The notes beneath the pieces were generated by a model. That model saw only the letters and a list, made by a program, of their open reading frames with translations. It was not told the origin of the DNA and made no database searches. From positions 8,246,001-8,310,000 of the forward strand of contig NC_087258.1 in the NCBI RefSeq assembly GCF_037042905.1: 64,000 bases of DNA, in the 5' to 3' direction. The position numbers and the translations under genes were made by a program. The stretch comes from Lytechinus pictus (Eukaryota). The stretch's first letter is position 1; every line of letters begins with the position of its first letter. Positions 23,379 to 35,613 of this stretch are shown piece by piece.

Positions 23379-23534
23379 GGGCGTTTCATGAAAGGACTTG
23401 TCGGACGTTTTATCCGACAAGTCCCATTTTATCCGATAGTTACCAAAGTAACAGTACCTCTCAGCCAATCAACATCAGAGAAAGATGTCAGATCTGACAA
23501 CTTGTCGGATGAAAATGTTGATGAAACACTCCCC
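23379..23534. mobile_element. ~155-bp MITE family (GGGCGTTTCAT termini); relatives at ~28440-28504, ~45015-45152 and 52556-53092
   Basis: GGGCGTTTCATGAAAGGACTTGTCGGA...TGTCAGATCTGACAACTTGTCGGA...GATGAAACACTCCCC recurs in both orientations. Confidence 0.6.
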
Positions 23535-24479
23535 TGATTGGACCCTGGTCAAACTTAATGCGCGCGTAACATTGATATTGAGCGATTGATCGCTTATCTT
23601 TGTGTTATGGAGCACCAAATGTTTCTTCACGTGATGCGCGCGTTCACTAAACAACTTGAAGACATTATTACAATAAAACATATAGAGTAATCAGTGGCAA
23701 TAAAAGACAAATCATTCAACTGAACCATTTTATATGGTCTATCCCATGATCACGATGGCTGTTGTTTTAACGGAACTGGTTGTTTGTCTGGACAATAGTA
23801 ATTTCAGGAACGTTTATATTTTACCAATCGACCTGAAAGAAATATCAGGCAATTTTACGGCAGCAGAAATATTCACTATTTTTATTAGTATTATTATAAT
23901 CGTTATTACTATTATTATTGTTGTTGTTATTATTATCATGACTCTCATTATTTTTATCATTATCATTATTATCATTGTTATTCATTTATCTATTTTCTCT
24001 TTATTTATCTATTTATTATTTTCTTTTCATTTATTTTTTTTATGCACGGATATCGAGAAAATCCAGAGCAAAGGGCGATGTTTTCATCAATTCAATTGTC
24101 CGGACATCAACCCTATACTAAGGGTTTATTTCCTATAATTATATAATCAGTCAATATCTGTTGGAAAGCTAAGCCAAGACACCCCTCCCCTTTTGTCCAC
24201 CCTCCATCGCCCCATCCGGATTGATTTACCGTGTACCTGAGGCGGGGACAGAACATTTTTTAGCTTGTCATTGTACAAACAGCTTAAGTAAATTAAAGTA
24301 TGACGAATCTGACCCCGTACTGAGTGAAAAAAAAAAAATCGAGCGATGAGTCTGAAGGACCTCTGAGCCGGGCAAAGTTCACATATATCTAACCATGCTA
24401 ACGGTAATTTCAGAACTGTGCGATTGCTAACTAAAATCTCCTGCTTCACACTCGAACCAAAGTTCGATTCACCGGCATC

Positions 24480-27400
24480 ATGTCTTTGCTTCGTACTGCC
24501 ATCTTGGTTGCTGTTACAGCATGTCTTATTGCCTACCTACCAGGGTACTTCAAGAAGCCACCACCGATAGTCGTCCACGGCAAGGTAGCAAAGGGGTTCG
24601 AACCAGTTCTCCAGCAGTTCAGGTATCAGCATAATCCTTTTGAACAAGTAATGATATAGTCTGATGTGTGGCCAGAAATTTTGATAAAGAATAGGATAGA
24701 GGGAGTACATGCCCCGGGTATATTTCCTACTATTACTCTCTTATACCCAACTTTAATTTACGGAACTTACCATCAAGTATGTACATTACCATAGTGCTTA
24801 TTGCATAAAACATAGATTTTTCTTTTAACCGTTTAATTTCTGCATTGTAACACCTGGTAATTAAGTGACAGATTCGCATATCTTATCCACCTTTTCCATT
24901 TGTTTATTACGTTGACCATTCACGTACCGAAAGCATGGCAATGACACACTTTCAATCCTGTATCATGGAGTCAGCTTATACATATGCAGGATAAACCCTG
25001 TGCCAAACTTGACTTATAGAAACACGTGTGGGTGGACATTGGAAAATTGTCTAAAAGACATCCAATCAATTATTGTAAATATCTATTTCGTATTGCAAAT
25101 TTGATGATAATACAATTTTTATGTATTGTATTATTCAATTCGTGGGTATGCTTAGCGTGGGGACAGCTGCCCCTACTCCATCATTTTTTTTTGTTACATT
25201 GTTTACAGAAAATTTTCACAAATTTCACCAAAAGTGTGCACGGAATCCTTCAATTTGACTTAAGAAAATATGAAAGCTCCCCGATGAAAAGCCCGATCGA
25301 TTCGCTCCCTCGCTAACTAGTTCCTTCGGGGGGATGCGTCTTCCCCTCTTTTTTCTGGCACTTATCACGCTCATGACGGAGGAAGTGGTAATACAGGGTA
25401 TAGAGAGGAAAGAACCATGAGAACGGCAGTGTCGTTTTAGTTGTGTTCTGTGTAAGAGTATGTTGTTATGTAGATCATGTTTGATTAAGGGAAGACCTCA
25501 AACTGTGCTACTGAAATGTACTGTACATTTATATCGTGATTAATATGTTGAAAATTATCGTTCCCAGCATTTCATCGTTTAATCAGAGATAAACATGAGG
25601 TGAACTAAACTAACAAAATAAATTGGATGTACAGCTTCATAATTCATAACTAAGGGATTCAGTATCCTTTTTTTTAAAACATCATTAGAAAGAACTTTGA
25701 AAGTGGCACAGATACCCGTTATGGAGGATCAGCACTGGCCGTTTATCATAAAGGCAAGAAGATCATTGATGTCTGGGGAGGATTCGCCGATGTAGAGAGT
25801 AATGTAGAATGGCGGGAAGACACGATGACTGTCGTTTTCTCTGCGACAAAAGGTTAGATACAGAAGGTTGTTTTTGTACATGTAAAACCGAAAGCAATGA
25901 TCATGTGTGTTTGTTGTCTCAAATCTTTCTGTCATAAGTCCAACATTCCTTCACCCTATAGAAGCCAAAATCAAGGCTGGCATCTTCCATTAAAACTAAA
26001 CAAGATATTCCAGTTAACTGTCGGTCTTGTTGCGTGGCCCTAGGAACGACTTTTTTTTTTTACTGGGGGTGCTGATGTAAATTTGAAAAGCAAAAAAAAA
26101 GGGGGGGGGGTTCACTACAAAATGGAGGTCAAATTGGTCCAGAGATATTTGAAAAGCCAAAATTAAACAAACAAAAAAGTTTCACTAAAAATGAAGGCCA
26201 TTTATTTACATTTTTGCTTTTTTACACTCCTTCCAAAATACCTAGGGCTGCTTCCCAGGTCCATGTCTTGTTGGTTCTCAAACCAATGCTCTAAGTTAAA
26301 AGAACAGAGCCTCATTTTATTACATTTGTATAGCTTGTTTAGGGCCTGGGCAATATGTTGACATCTTTTTTATCCTCAGGAAAACTCTTTGCGTCCCTTT
26401 GTGTACATGAAATAAATGTAGTAGTCTTCAGACAGGAATTGGAGTTTGACCTTTGTTCCGTTTGCTCTTTACACGTGTCAATAGATCATGAAGATTGGCA
26501 CAGTATAGTCCATTCAGTTCATGTGTTGTGATCGATTGAAATTGTTTTCAAAATCTACGGTGCGTGCACGTAAATCTTCTTTTATCCGTCAGCCGCCTTC
26601 AGAAATAATAAAGAAATACTATTGACCATTCAACAATGACTGGCATTTTTTCTTTGAAGCCAAACAAAGAACACACACAATAACCTTAAGTGCCTTCAAT
26701 ACAGCCCGTTTGAAGGACCTTTTGAACGCCATTGGTTGATTTGAAAGAAAAAAACTCAATTCGTTATTATGAAATATCTTTCGTGTTAAACATACTCATG
26801 CATAATACTATATCATATATTACAATAATATAATTAGAAGATTTGATTGAAATATCACTATGACTATGTATATGCTGCTGATGGTTGATTATAAAGATAA
26901 AGACGATGGCGATAAAGATGGTGACGATGATGATAATAATGGAGACTATGGCGATGATGATGATAACGATTAAAAATGATGTTCATGAAAATGTTGTTTA
27001 TAATTGTAGGTATTGCTTCAATTTGCATCGCCATGTTGGTTGACAGGGGTTTATTAGATTATGATAAACCTGTATCAGAATACTGGCCAGAGTTTGCACA
27101 GAAGGGAAAAGGAAAGGTCACCGTCCGACAACTCATGGAACATAGGGTCAGTTCTAGATAAATAATTTTCTTCTTTCCTTTTTACCATTATCACGTATTC
27201 GACATTAACATTCAGGATAGCTCTCGGGTTTGTGACCTACTCAATCTTGCCATGCAACAAAGGCTAACAAGAGGAGTGTTTTTTATCATGCCGCAGACAT
27301 TATAGACAAAAGATAGCAGTGATTCCTGATATTGGGCCACTTTTCCTCAGCGTCTCGCCAAAGACTAATCACTATAATAAGGAGCATATGAAGTTTCCTT

Positions 27401-30400
27401 CTAGGCAAAGTTTGATACCATGACATTCTTGTCGAGGCAGTCAGGCCCACTGGTCAGACCAAAGAGATATCACCTCTTTCCTTGGTCAGACAGACATAGA
27501 CCACACAATGAAACGTCTTATAACCGTCTCGGGAACGAGACATTCCTCAAAGCACTGACACCATGAAATGTTTCTTTTTTTAATTTTCCATTTTCAACAC
27601 GGTAAATAATCATCATCTAGAAGACGTTGAATTTGTTTGCTCTAATACAGTTTTGTGGTTCATTTAATCATCATCCGACCTACACAGGCTGGCCTGACTC
27701 TCATGTCGCCGCCCGGTATGAATATTGAAACCCTAAGTGATGTAGCCCGAGCAGGGGAGTTAATGGCGACGGCTGAACCTCAGTGGGAAATTGATGGAGT
27801 GAAACACGGTTACCATGCCCTTACTTTCGGTCCTCTAACCAACGAGCTTCTCCGTCGAGTCGATCCTCAACATCGCACAATGGGGCAGTTCTTTGCGGAA
27901 GAGATTGCAAAACCTTTAGGTAAATCCTACCCTTACATTACGCTATGTTACCATTGCAACCAGTATTCATTAAGCCATCCATACTGTATGAAAATCCGAA
28001 TGTTTTCAATTATTGGTAGATCTATTACATGTTCGTTCATCATGCTCATCATCCATATTTAGTTGACATAAACATTTACCTGAATAATTTTTTTTCCATC
28101 GTGTTAAAAGTTATGTTCTTTTTGTATTGATTGTATTTATAATTGTATCTTTGTTTCTATAATACGCTATACTAAATTTCTACGTAGGATACATTTTCAA
28201 TTCACACCTAGCCAGGCAACTATGTATTGTGTTTTTACAAGAATACTTTTTGCGTAAATATATTACGTAATTTTATACATGTCCAAGATCTAGATCTAAG
28301 ACAGTGTGTCATTCTGATTTTGTTATCCTGTCAATACTTATTTTGATAAATGAAAATAAATGAAATAAATAAGTAAGTAATTCTTTTCCCACATCACACC
28401 ATCATTGTGATCATTAGAGTGGGCCCCGATGTGCGTGCTTCTCAGCCAATCAAAAAAAGCTTTCAAAGTCAGATCCGACAACTTGTAAGTCGATGAAACG
28501 CCCACTCTTTATGACGTGTTCGCCATGACAGGTGGATTGGACTTTCACATCGGACTACCGTTGGATCAGAAGTACAGAGTTGCTCGATTGATTGAAGGAA
28601 AGATTGGGAGACTATGGGGTCTAGACGATCCTACTATACGACAGATGACATTGCATTTCTTGCGGACATCATATTTCAGCAACATGAAACAAAATCAAGA
28701 AAGTATCCTTTCCACAGTAAGTAATTTTCTTTTACTGCCCACACAAAAGAACCCACAAGCTCTGATATTATTTTTCAAGCATACATTTGTACAACACCAA
28801 ATCAATCACTGACTAAATTTAAAGGGATATTTTTGCTTTCAAGATGTCCCACGATGATGTTCTGCATGCATCTGTCCCTTCCACCGACGCCTTCCAATGC
28901 TTATGAAGTCAATTTGAATTTGTCACTTGAATACAAATTATCAATGGAAATCTTAATGCTGATCGATTATTTGATATTGTGTATCCAGTTGTATTCACAT
29001 TGTTTCATTCATTTGTGAGTTGTAAGATTAAGTTGGGCTGAATTTCACGTATGGCTTTCTTTTATTTATTTGGTTTTAGCAAAAACTGCATTATAAAGGT
29101 AAAACAAATACTTAACATAGCACATAAAGTAACGCACACACTGAGCTTGTGATTCTAGAACTTTCAACAATAATAAACATGATAAAGTTCGAGAAAAAAA
29201 ATTTGTAAATGACTAAGAGAATCAAATATGATAAAGATCCGGATATAATATAACACTCCTATAACTACTGCTTTTGTTTTCTTTCTAATAGCTGGCATCT
29301 TTCAACAATCCCTATTTCCAAGCTGTTGAACTTCCCTCGGCGAATGGTATTGGGACGGCTCGGGCTGTCGCGAAGGTAAATCAGGGGTGGAGGGGTAGTC
29401 GAGGGCCGATCGCCACATCCCCTATGATTTTCATGTAGTGAAATAAAGGAAAAAAAGACGAAAAGACGAAAGAATTAAGATTATAAACCTATGATATATT
29501 ATCATTTAGTAATCTTAGTATTTGACGAATTAATTTAGTCTCCCTGTTGGTGTACTCATAGCTATAGGCTACATGTATGACCAGTGGCATAACTACTGGG
29601 GGCGCCCCCCCCCCCCATCGGCTGGTCAAGAAAAACAAACTGGAAAAAGGAGAAAAGGGAAGAGAAACGTAGTGGGAAATAAAAAAATTATTGTGCATTA
29701 TATTATTATATTGTGACATATATATATATATTGTATGTTATATTACATTAATATTTTTTCATAACTTTATGAAACATAATTTGCTCAGGGCCTATGTGTT
29801 CAACGTTCCTAGTGCTCGCGTTGTCTTTTTAACGAGATATATAATCCTTTTGTACTAAACATCCCGTATACACCAAATACACCAAATATATTTCCTCACA
29901 CTTCGAGTTATTGTTTTATGTAGTGACATATGCTTCTTTTTCATGACTACTTACAGTGATCGCCTCCTTTTAAGGTGGATTGGTTAGATATGTCTCCTCT
30001 ACATGAATTCCTAAATTCAGTCCTTAAAATATCCCTTTTTCTGATCTGAATATCAAAAATTTTCAGTTTGCGCTTCGCTCTCGCATCATTTGGTTAGTGA
30101 AATACGTATGGTTTTCATGAATTTCTACAAACAAGCCTTAGAATGCCTCTCTTTAGGTCTTAATATTTAAAAAACTCAGATCGCGCTTCGCGCTCGCAAT
30201 ATTTGATTAGTGAGATGTGTACATTAATCATGATTACAAGGACTACAAAAAGTACTTCATGTGTTTAGATGTAATGCTAACAAAATCAGCAAGCCTTGGC
30301 ACTCGCAATAGATGACTATGGTGAGATATGTATACTAAAATGTCCGTTTGGGGTCAACATATACAAAATTTTCAGCTCGCGCTTCGCGCTCGCATTGTTT

Positions 30401-32576
30401 CGTTTAGCGAGACAGGTACGTATCATGATTACAAAATTATGCTTATTTATAATGTCCCTTTTTAGGTCTGAATATCAAAAATTTCAGTTTGTGCTTCGCG
30501 CGCACCCACTTAAGAGACTCAAAATTGTTGCTGTTGCCCCCCCCCCCCCCCTCCAATGCCGTGACCCAAGGTTCGCCACTGTGTATGACCCGCTTTCATG
30601 AATTATGTTTCCTATTTTTATTTCTCTTTAAATGTCATCGATATATTTCGTTGTATTATGTTATTCAAGTTGTCCTCCCCCCCCCCCCCCCCGTGTCACG
30701 TCTTTTGGATGGTTACGTTAAAGGTCGGTCCCAGACGTAAATAATCATGTCTGATTGATACACGTCTGACAAAACTTAATTGTAAATGCTTACAACCTCC
30801 ACCCCCCCCCCCCCCCAAAAAAAAAGTAATAAAATAAAAATACCCATGCAGACGCCTAACGGAGGGGGTTACTTTTTATAATTGATGAAGATCGACAGCG
30901 GTCAAGCTCATCTGCAAGACAACATAAAAAATCACGGCATTTAACGGTACAGACTCCGTCTCCTATTTCTCTACCCAGATCTACGGGGTTTTAGCAGCCG
31001 GTGGTGTTGATCCAGAAACTAAGACAAAGCTGATGTCAAAGGAAAGGATTGATGCATTCATGAATGCCGTTACTGTCACACCAGATGAAGTATTGGGTCT
31101 TGACTTAGCCCACACTTTGGGAATGGTGACAACCAAGTATGTAATGGTAAGTGCTATTTAAAGGACAAGTCCACCCCAACAAAAAGTTGATTTGAAAAAG
31201 GGAGAAAAATCCAACAAGCAAAACACTGAAAATTTCATCGAAATTCAGATGTATAATAAGAAAGTTATGACATTTTAAAGTTTCGCTTAATTTCACAAAA
31301 CAGTTATATGCAAATCCTGGTCGGTATGCAAATTGGCAAACTGATGATGTCACCCACTCACTATTTCTTTTGTAGTTTGTTATATGAATTATGAAATATT
31401 CTAATTTTCTCCTCCTTGTCAAGTGAAACAAAGTTTTATTTCTCCCTGAACATGTGGAATTACCATTATTTTACCAGTTTATGGTTGAGTTAAGTTGGTC
31501 TTTATTGTCAAATCTGTAAAACTTGAAATATTGTATTATTCAAACAATAAAAAACAAAAGAAACAGTGAGTGATGGACATCATCGACTCTCTCATTTGCA
31601 TATCGCTGAGTTGTGCATTTAACTTTTTTTTTTAAATAAGCGAAACTTAAAAATGTCATAACTTTCTGACTTTACATCCGATTTCGATGAAATTTGCAGC
31701 GTTGTTTGTTTGATTTTTCTCTATCGATTTAAATCAACAATTTTCTGGGGTGGACTTGACCTTTAATTATTGGTAAGCCGGATAGTTCTGTAATTAATAT
31801 TTGAAATTATATTCCATAGATGCACACATGTGTCATTTCTCCCTCTCAGGCATTGGTCATTTGGGGATCGAACTGTGTGTTGTTTTCCCATCTGCTCATT
31901 GACTGTGTGTTATGAACTATTATTATTACAGGTGGACTTATTACACGACTACACTGCTCATAATGTTGCACAATTTTTTGATTATTTTTGTATTTTTATT
32001 TTTTATTTCTTTTTTTTGCTTTTGTAAGGAACTATAATTATGTTATATATGTTAAATATCGAGTACTACCCCTACAGATAAAGGCGCTAACAAGATAAAA
32101 CTGAAAATGAATGAGATGAAGAAATTGTGTTTACCACTTATCAAAATCATTTCATTTATCTTTTGGGGGCTGGGTTGGGGGAGACTACCTAGTTGCCATA
32201 CCAATTTGGATCAAACTAGTCAGATTGATTATGTATACATTCTGTGTTGTGGTAAAAAGAATGCTTTGCCTGTGTCAGTGGATTTTATCACCTCTACCGT
32301 GAATTAGACAAACTAATCATTTTGTATTGGTGAATACTCTCTTCAATCATATCTATGTACATCTTTGTTCTCTCTCTCTCCGTCTAGAACGGATCGATAA
32401 TGGGATTCGGTCATGAAGGTGCAGGCGGTCAGAAGGCGTGGGCTGATCCTAAGAACCAGATCGGATTTTCATTCGTCAGCAACGCGCTGTCTCCTTATAC
32501 GTATAACGGAGATGTCAGGAGCCAAGATATAACCGAAATTTTGTATGAATGCTTAAGAAAAGAGAAGTTGATTTGA
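24480..32576 (+). CDS. Beta-lactamase domain-containing protein 2-like serine hydrolase, 8 exons, ~433 aa
   Basis: Exons 24480-24622, 25689-25852, 27010-27146, 27688-27919, 28532-28716, 29292-29375, 30979-31146 and 32388-32576; GT-AG, phases consistent, 1302 nt. N-terminal hydrophobic signal/anchor MSLLRTAILVAVTACLIAYLP; catalytic SxxK (FSATK); YWPEFAQKGK; HGYHALTFG; ELPSANGIGTAR; FGHEGAGG. Confidence 0.92.
29582..30581. mobile_element. hAT-like non-autonomous element in intron 6
   Basis: CAGTGGCATAAC...GTTCGCCACTG; 8-bp TSD TGTATGAC (29574-29581, 30582-30589). Confidence 0.85.
30695..30777 (+). mobile_element. 5'-truncated copy of the SINE at 58041-58226
   Basis: GTCACGTCTTTTGGATGGTTACGTTAAAGGTCGGTCCCAGACGTAAATAATCATGTCTGATTGATACACGTCTGACAAAACT matches 58124-58205 with about 4 differences. 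Confidence 0.85.
31162..31762. mobile_element. Kolobok-like MITE, family 2, 15 nt downstream of the exon 7 donor
   Basis: TTAA|AGGACAAGTCCACCCC...GGGGTGGACTTGACCT|TTAA. Confidence 0.85.
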
Positions 32577-32754
32577 GGATCTTTTGAAATCTTGTGTAGT
32601 CTCCCCCACCCCAGCCCCCCAAAAGATAAATGAATAATATGATGACATGAAAATCATTAAACAGCAGTTGACGAAAGTGCACATTACTTCCAACAGCAGA
32701 TAAATCGAAGACTGGTTCTGGGGGATGTTTCACAAAGATTTAAGCAAGACTTAA

Positions 32755-33350
32755 AGGACAAGTCCACCACAACAACAACAAAAAATTCTATAAAAAGAAA
32801 AAAAACCAAGCGTAACACTGGCAATTTTACCAAAAGCGGATGTAAAATAAGGAAGTTATGACATTTTCATGTTTGCTTAATTAAAAAAAAAAGTTATATG
32901 CACATCCTAGTCGGTATGCAAATGAGGGGACTGATGACATCACCAACTCACAGTTCTCTTTTGTATTTAATCAAACGAAATATGAAATATTTTAATTTTC
33001 TACTCGTTGTCGTGTGAAATAACGTTTTATTCCTCCCTGAACATGTGGAGGTGATAATGTTTAACACGTTGTGGTTTAGTTAAGTTTGTCATTATTGTCA
33101 AATCTATCAAAAATTTAATATTGAATAATTCATATACAATGAAAAAAAAATTGTGAGTGAGGGACACCATCTACTCTCTCATTTGCATATAATTGAGATT
33201 TGCATATACGATTTTGTGAAAAAATAAGCGAAACTTTAAAATGTCATAACTTTCTTATTTTACATCCGATTTTGATGAAATTTTCAGTGTTGTTCTAGTT
33301 TGATTTTATATTGATTCAAATCAACTTTGTTTCTGGGGTGGACTTGACCT
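32755..33350. mobile_element. Kolobok-like MITE, family 2
   Basis: TTAA|AGGACAAGTCCACC...GGTGGACTTGACCT|TTAA. Confidence 0.85.
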
Positions 33351-33501
33351 TTAAAGTCGCACTTGAATACCGAGTTGCTAAAGGTATGAATGGCTTGACC
33401 GCGTCGATCAGATCGGTCAGACGCACACTACTACGTATCTATCAATAAGATCTCGCGTTGCATATCATGTACCCGTCGGCATTTAAGTGCGACTTTAATA
33501 G

Positions 33502-34069
33502 AGGGATGGTCCGGGCTGAAAATATTTATATCTTAATACATAGAGTAGAATTCACTGAGCAAAATGCCGAAAATTTCATCAAAATCGGATAACAAATAAT
33601 AAAGTTATTGAAGTTTAAAGTTTAGCAATATTTTGTGAAAACAGTCGTCATGAATATTTATTAGGTGGGCTGATGATGTCACACACCCACTTTCCGGTTT
33701 CTTATGTTACATAAAATCATAATTATTTCATACTTGTGTGAAAAATATGTCTCCCTTATATTGAAATAAGTTGCAGCAATAAATATCTAATGCACTAAAT
33801 CAGTTGTCAATCCAATGTTTCTAGTTCTTGGAGGAAAAAAATTGAATAAACCTAATTTCATATAATAAAATACAAAACAAGTGGTGATGTTACATCATTA
33901 GCCTACCTAATGAATATTCATGTCGACTGTTTTCACAAATTATTGCTAAACTTTGAAATTCAATAACTTTGTTATTTGTTATCCGATTTTGATGAAATTT
34001 TTGGCAATTTGCTCAGTGAATTCTACTCTATTTATTAAGCTATAAATACTTTCAGCCCGGACCATCCCT
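33502..34069. mobile_element. Kolobok-like MITE, family 1
   Basis: AGGGATGGTCCGGGCTGAAA...TTTCAGCCCGGACCATCCCT|TTAA; highly similar to 13342-13928. Confidence 0.85.
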
Positions 34070-34474
34070 TTAAGTCATACTTAAATATTTATGAACCCCC
34101 CCCCCCCCTGGAATCGACTTCTCTTTGAAGCTTACGATTTCCTTGTAGTTCATCAGAGACATATTAGTTTTTTTTTATCCACTCTAACGAGAAGGAAATT
34201 GAGGAGTAGAGAGAAGGAGACAATATCTCTATGTAATAATTGCAATCCTTTTGTGATATTGACATCATTTTTTATGTGCCATATCTTTTATATTAAAGAA
34301 TATTTGTTAATGAATGTACATCGATTTAATTCAAAGATAATAAAGAGCGGAAAGTGATTCTAGACGGTTGTTTATTTACATTGTCTGTGTTTTATCATGC
34401 GGGATGATTGGAAATAGAGGATAGAAAATCATAGGGCCATCGGAGGTAAGAGGAAAATAATCACATGGCATAAT

Positions 34475-34785
34475 GGCCCGTATTCTGAAGTCGGGTTTAA
34501 CTTTAACTCAGGTTTAAAGTTGTGGTTTAAGTATGGATAGCCAATTGTTACATAAATCACTAACAGTAGATATATACTATTTCACCTCACTTGGCTCTCA
34601 AATCATTCATAATTGTGTAGGAAATATAAATAGATTATTGTCTGCACCATCGATGAATCAGGAAAGAGCACAGTAAACATAAGAAACATACAACTTAATA
34701 GAAATTTTGACACTTTTTGGCTCCCCATAATTTTAGCACAGAGTTAGACCGTGGTCTAATTTAACCTGACTTCAGAATACGGGCC
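34475..34785. mobile_element. MITE with GGCCCGTATTCTGAAGTC TIRs
   Basis: AT|GGCCCGTATTCTGAAGTCGGGTT...AACCTGACTTCAGAATACGGGCC|AT. Confidence 0.75.
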
Positions 34786-35613
34786 ATAGTGATTAAAATG
34801 AGAGATCCCATTATTCATCGACATATTTTATTTCAGTAGATAATGTAGTAGTGATAAAGGATATTTTACCTGATTGCGCAAAAACACAAATTGGGGAATG
34901 GCTTACTGTCTTGTATATATAATTCAATTTTTCATCTCTATTCTACCTTACAATCTGTCAAATATATTATTTTAGAATGATTTATCCATCAACGTTTATT
35001 TTACAAAGAAACATTTACTGAAATTATGAACATCTCCCTGGTCTCATTATGATAATATCATGATTTCTTCCTACTCTTCTCGTATATAGTTAACAACGCA
35101 TGAGTATATTTTTTCTTGCTCTCGACAACTTTTGTTTTAACTGTCTTTTCTTCCTCAATTTTGAATAGAGTTTTACCACTACCCCTATCATGAATTCCTG
35201 GATCTGCCAATGAACAAACTGATTTAAGAGTTAATACATCATATCATTTACTAAACTATTGGATCGTAATGGTTAAAGCAAAAACTGCACGAATTTTGTA
35301 AATCTATTATCGAGATGGTTGTTAAACTCATGCACACGTAGCTTCAAAGAGAAGAGAAGCGTTTACTTGGTGACGACTAAAAAAATCTTCATGGTAGGCA
35401 ACAAAAATAGGATGTTACTTTTTTCTAAAAAAAAAAGAAAAAACATTCACAAAAAGTTGGAATCAAATTGTTTTCTTAGTATATTTCTTCATCTTTTCAT
35501 TTTGATGTTCATTCACTCAAACATCAATTTTATTTACATCTTCCTCTATGTAGTCTTTTCATGGGTAATCTACCTGTCACGTCACTAAATTGTGTTCGTC
35601 TTGCACGATGAAT

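Larger units (their letters stand above)
32721..34107. mobile_element. Palindromic MITE (CTG TSD, Harbinger-like) carrying two Kolobok-like insertions
   Basis: Arms GGGGATGTTTCACAAAGATTTAAGCAAGAC[TTAA]AGTCGCACTT and AAGTGCGACT[TTAA]GTCATACTTAAATATTTATGAACCCC; CTG on both sides. Confidence 0.7.

Noticed and set aside
23084-23497. ORFs spanning X runs
   Set aside because: Artefacts of the 161-N gap.
24480-32576. Bacterial antibiotic-resistance gene or contaminant
   Set aside because: The gene has seven canonical spliceosomal introns containing host repeats; beta-lactam hydrolysis cannot be inferred from the fold.
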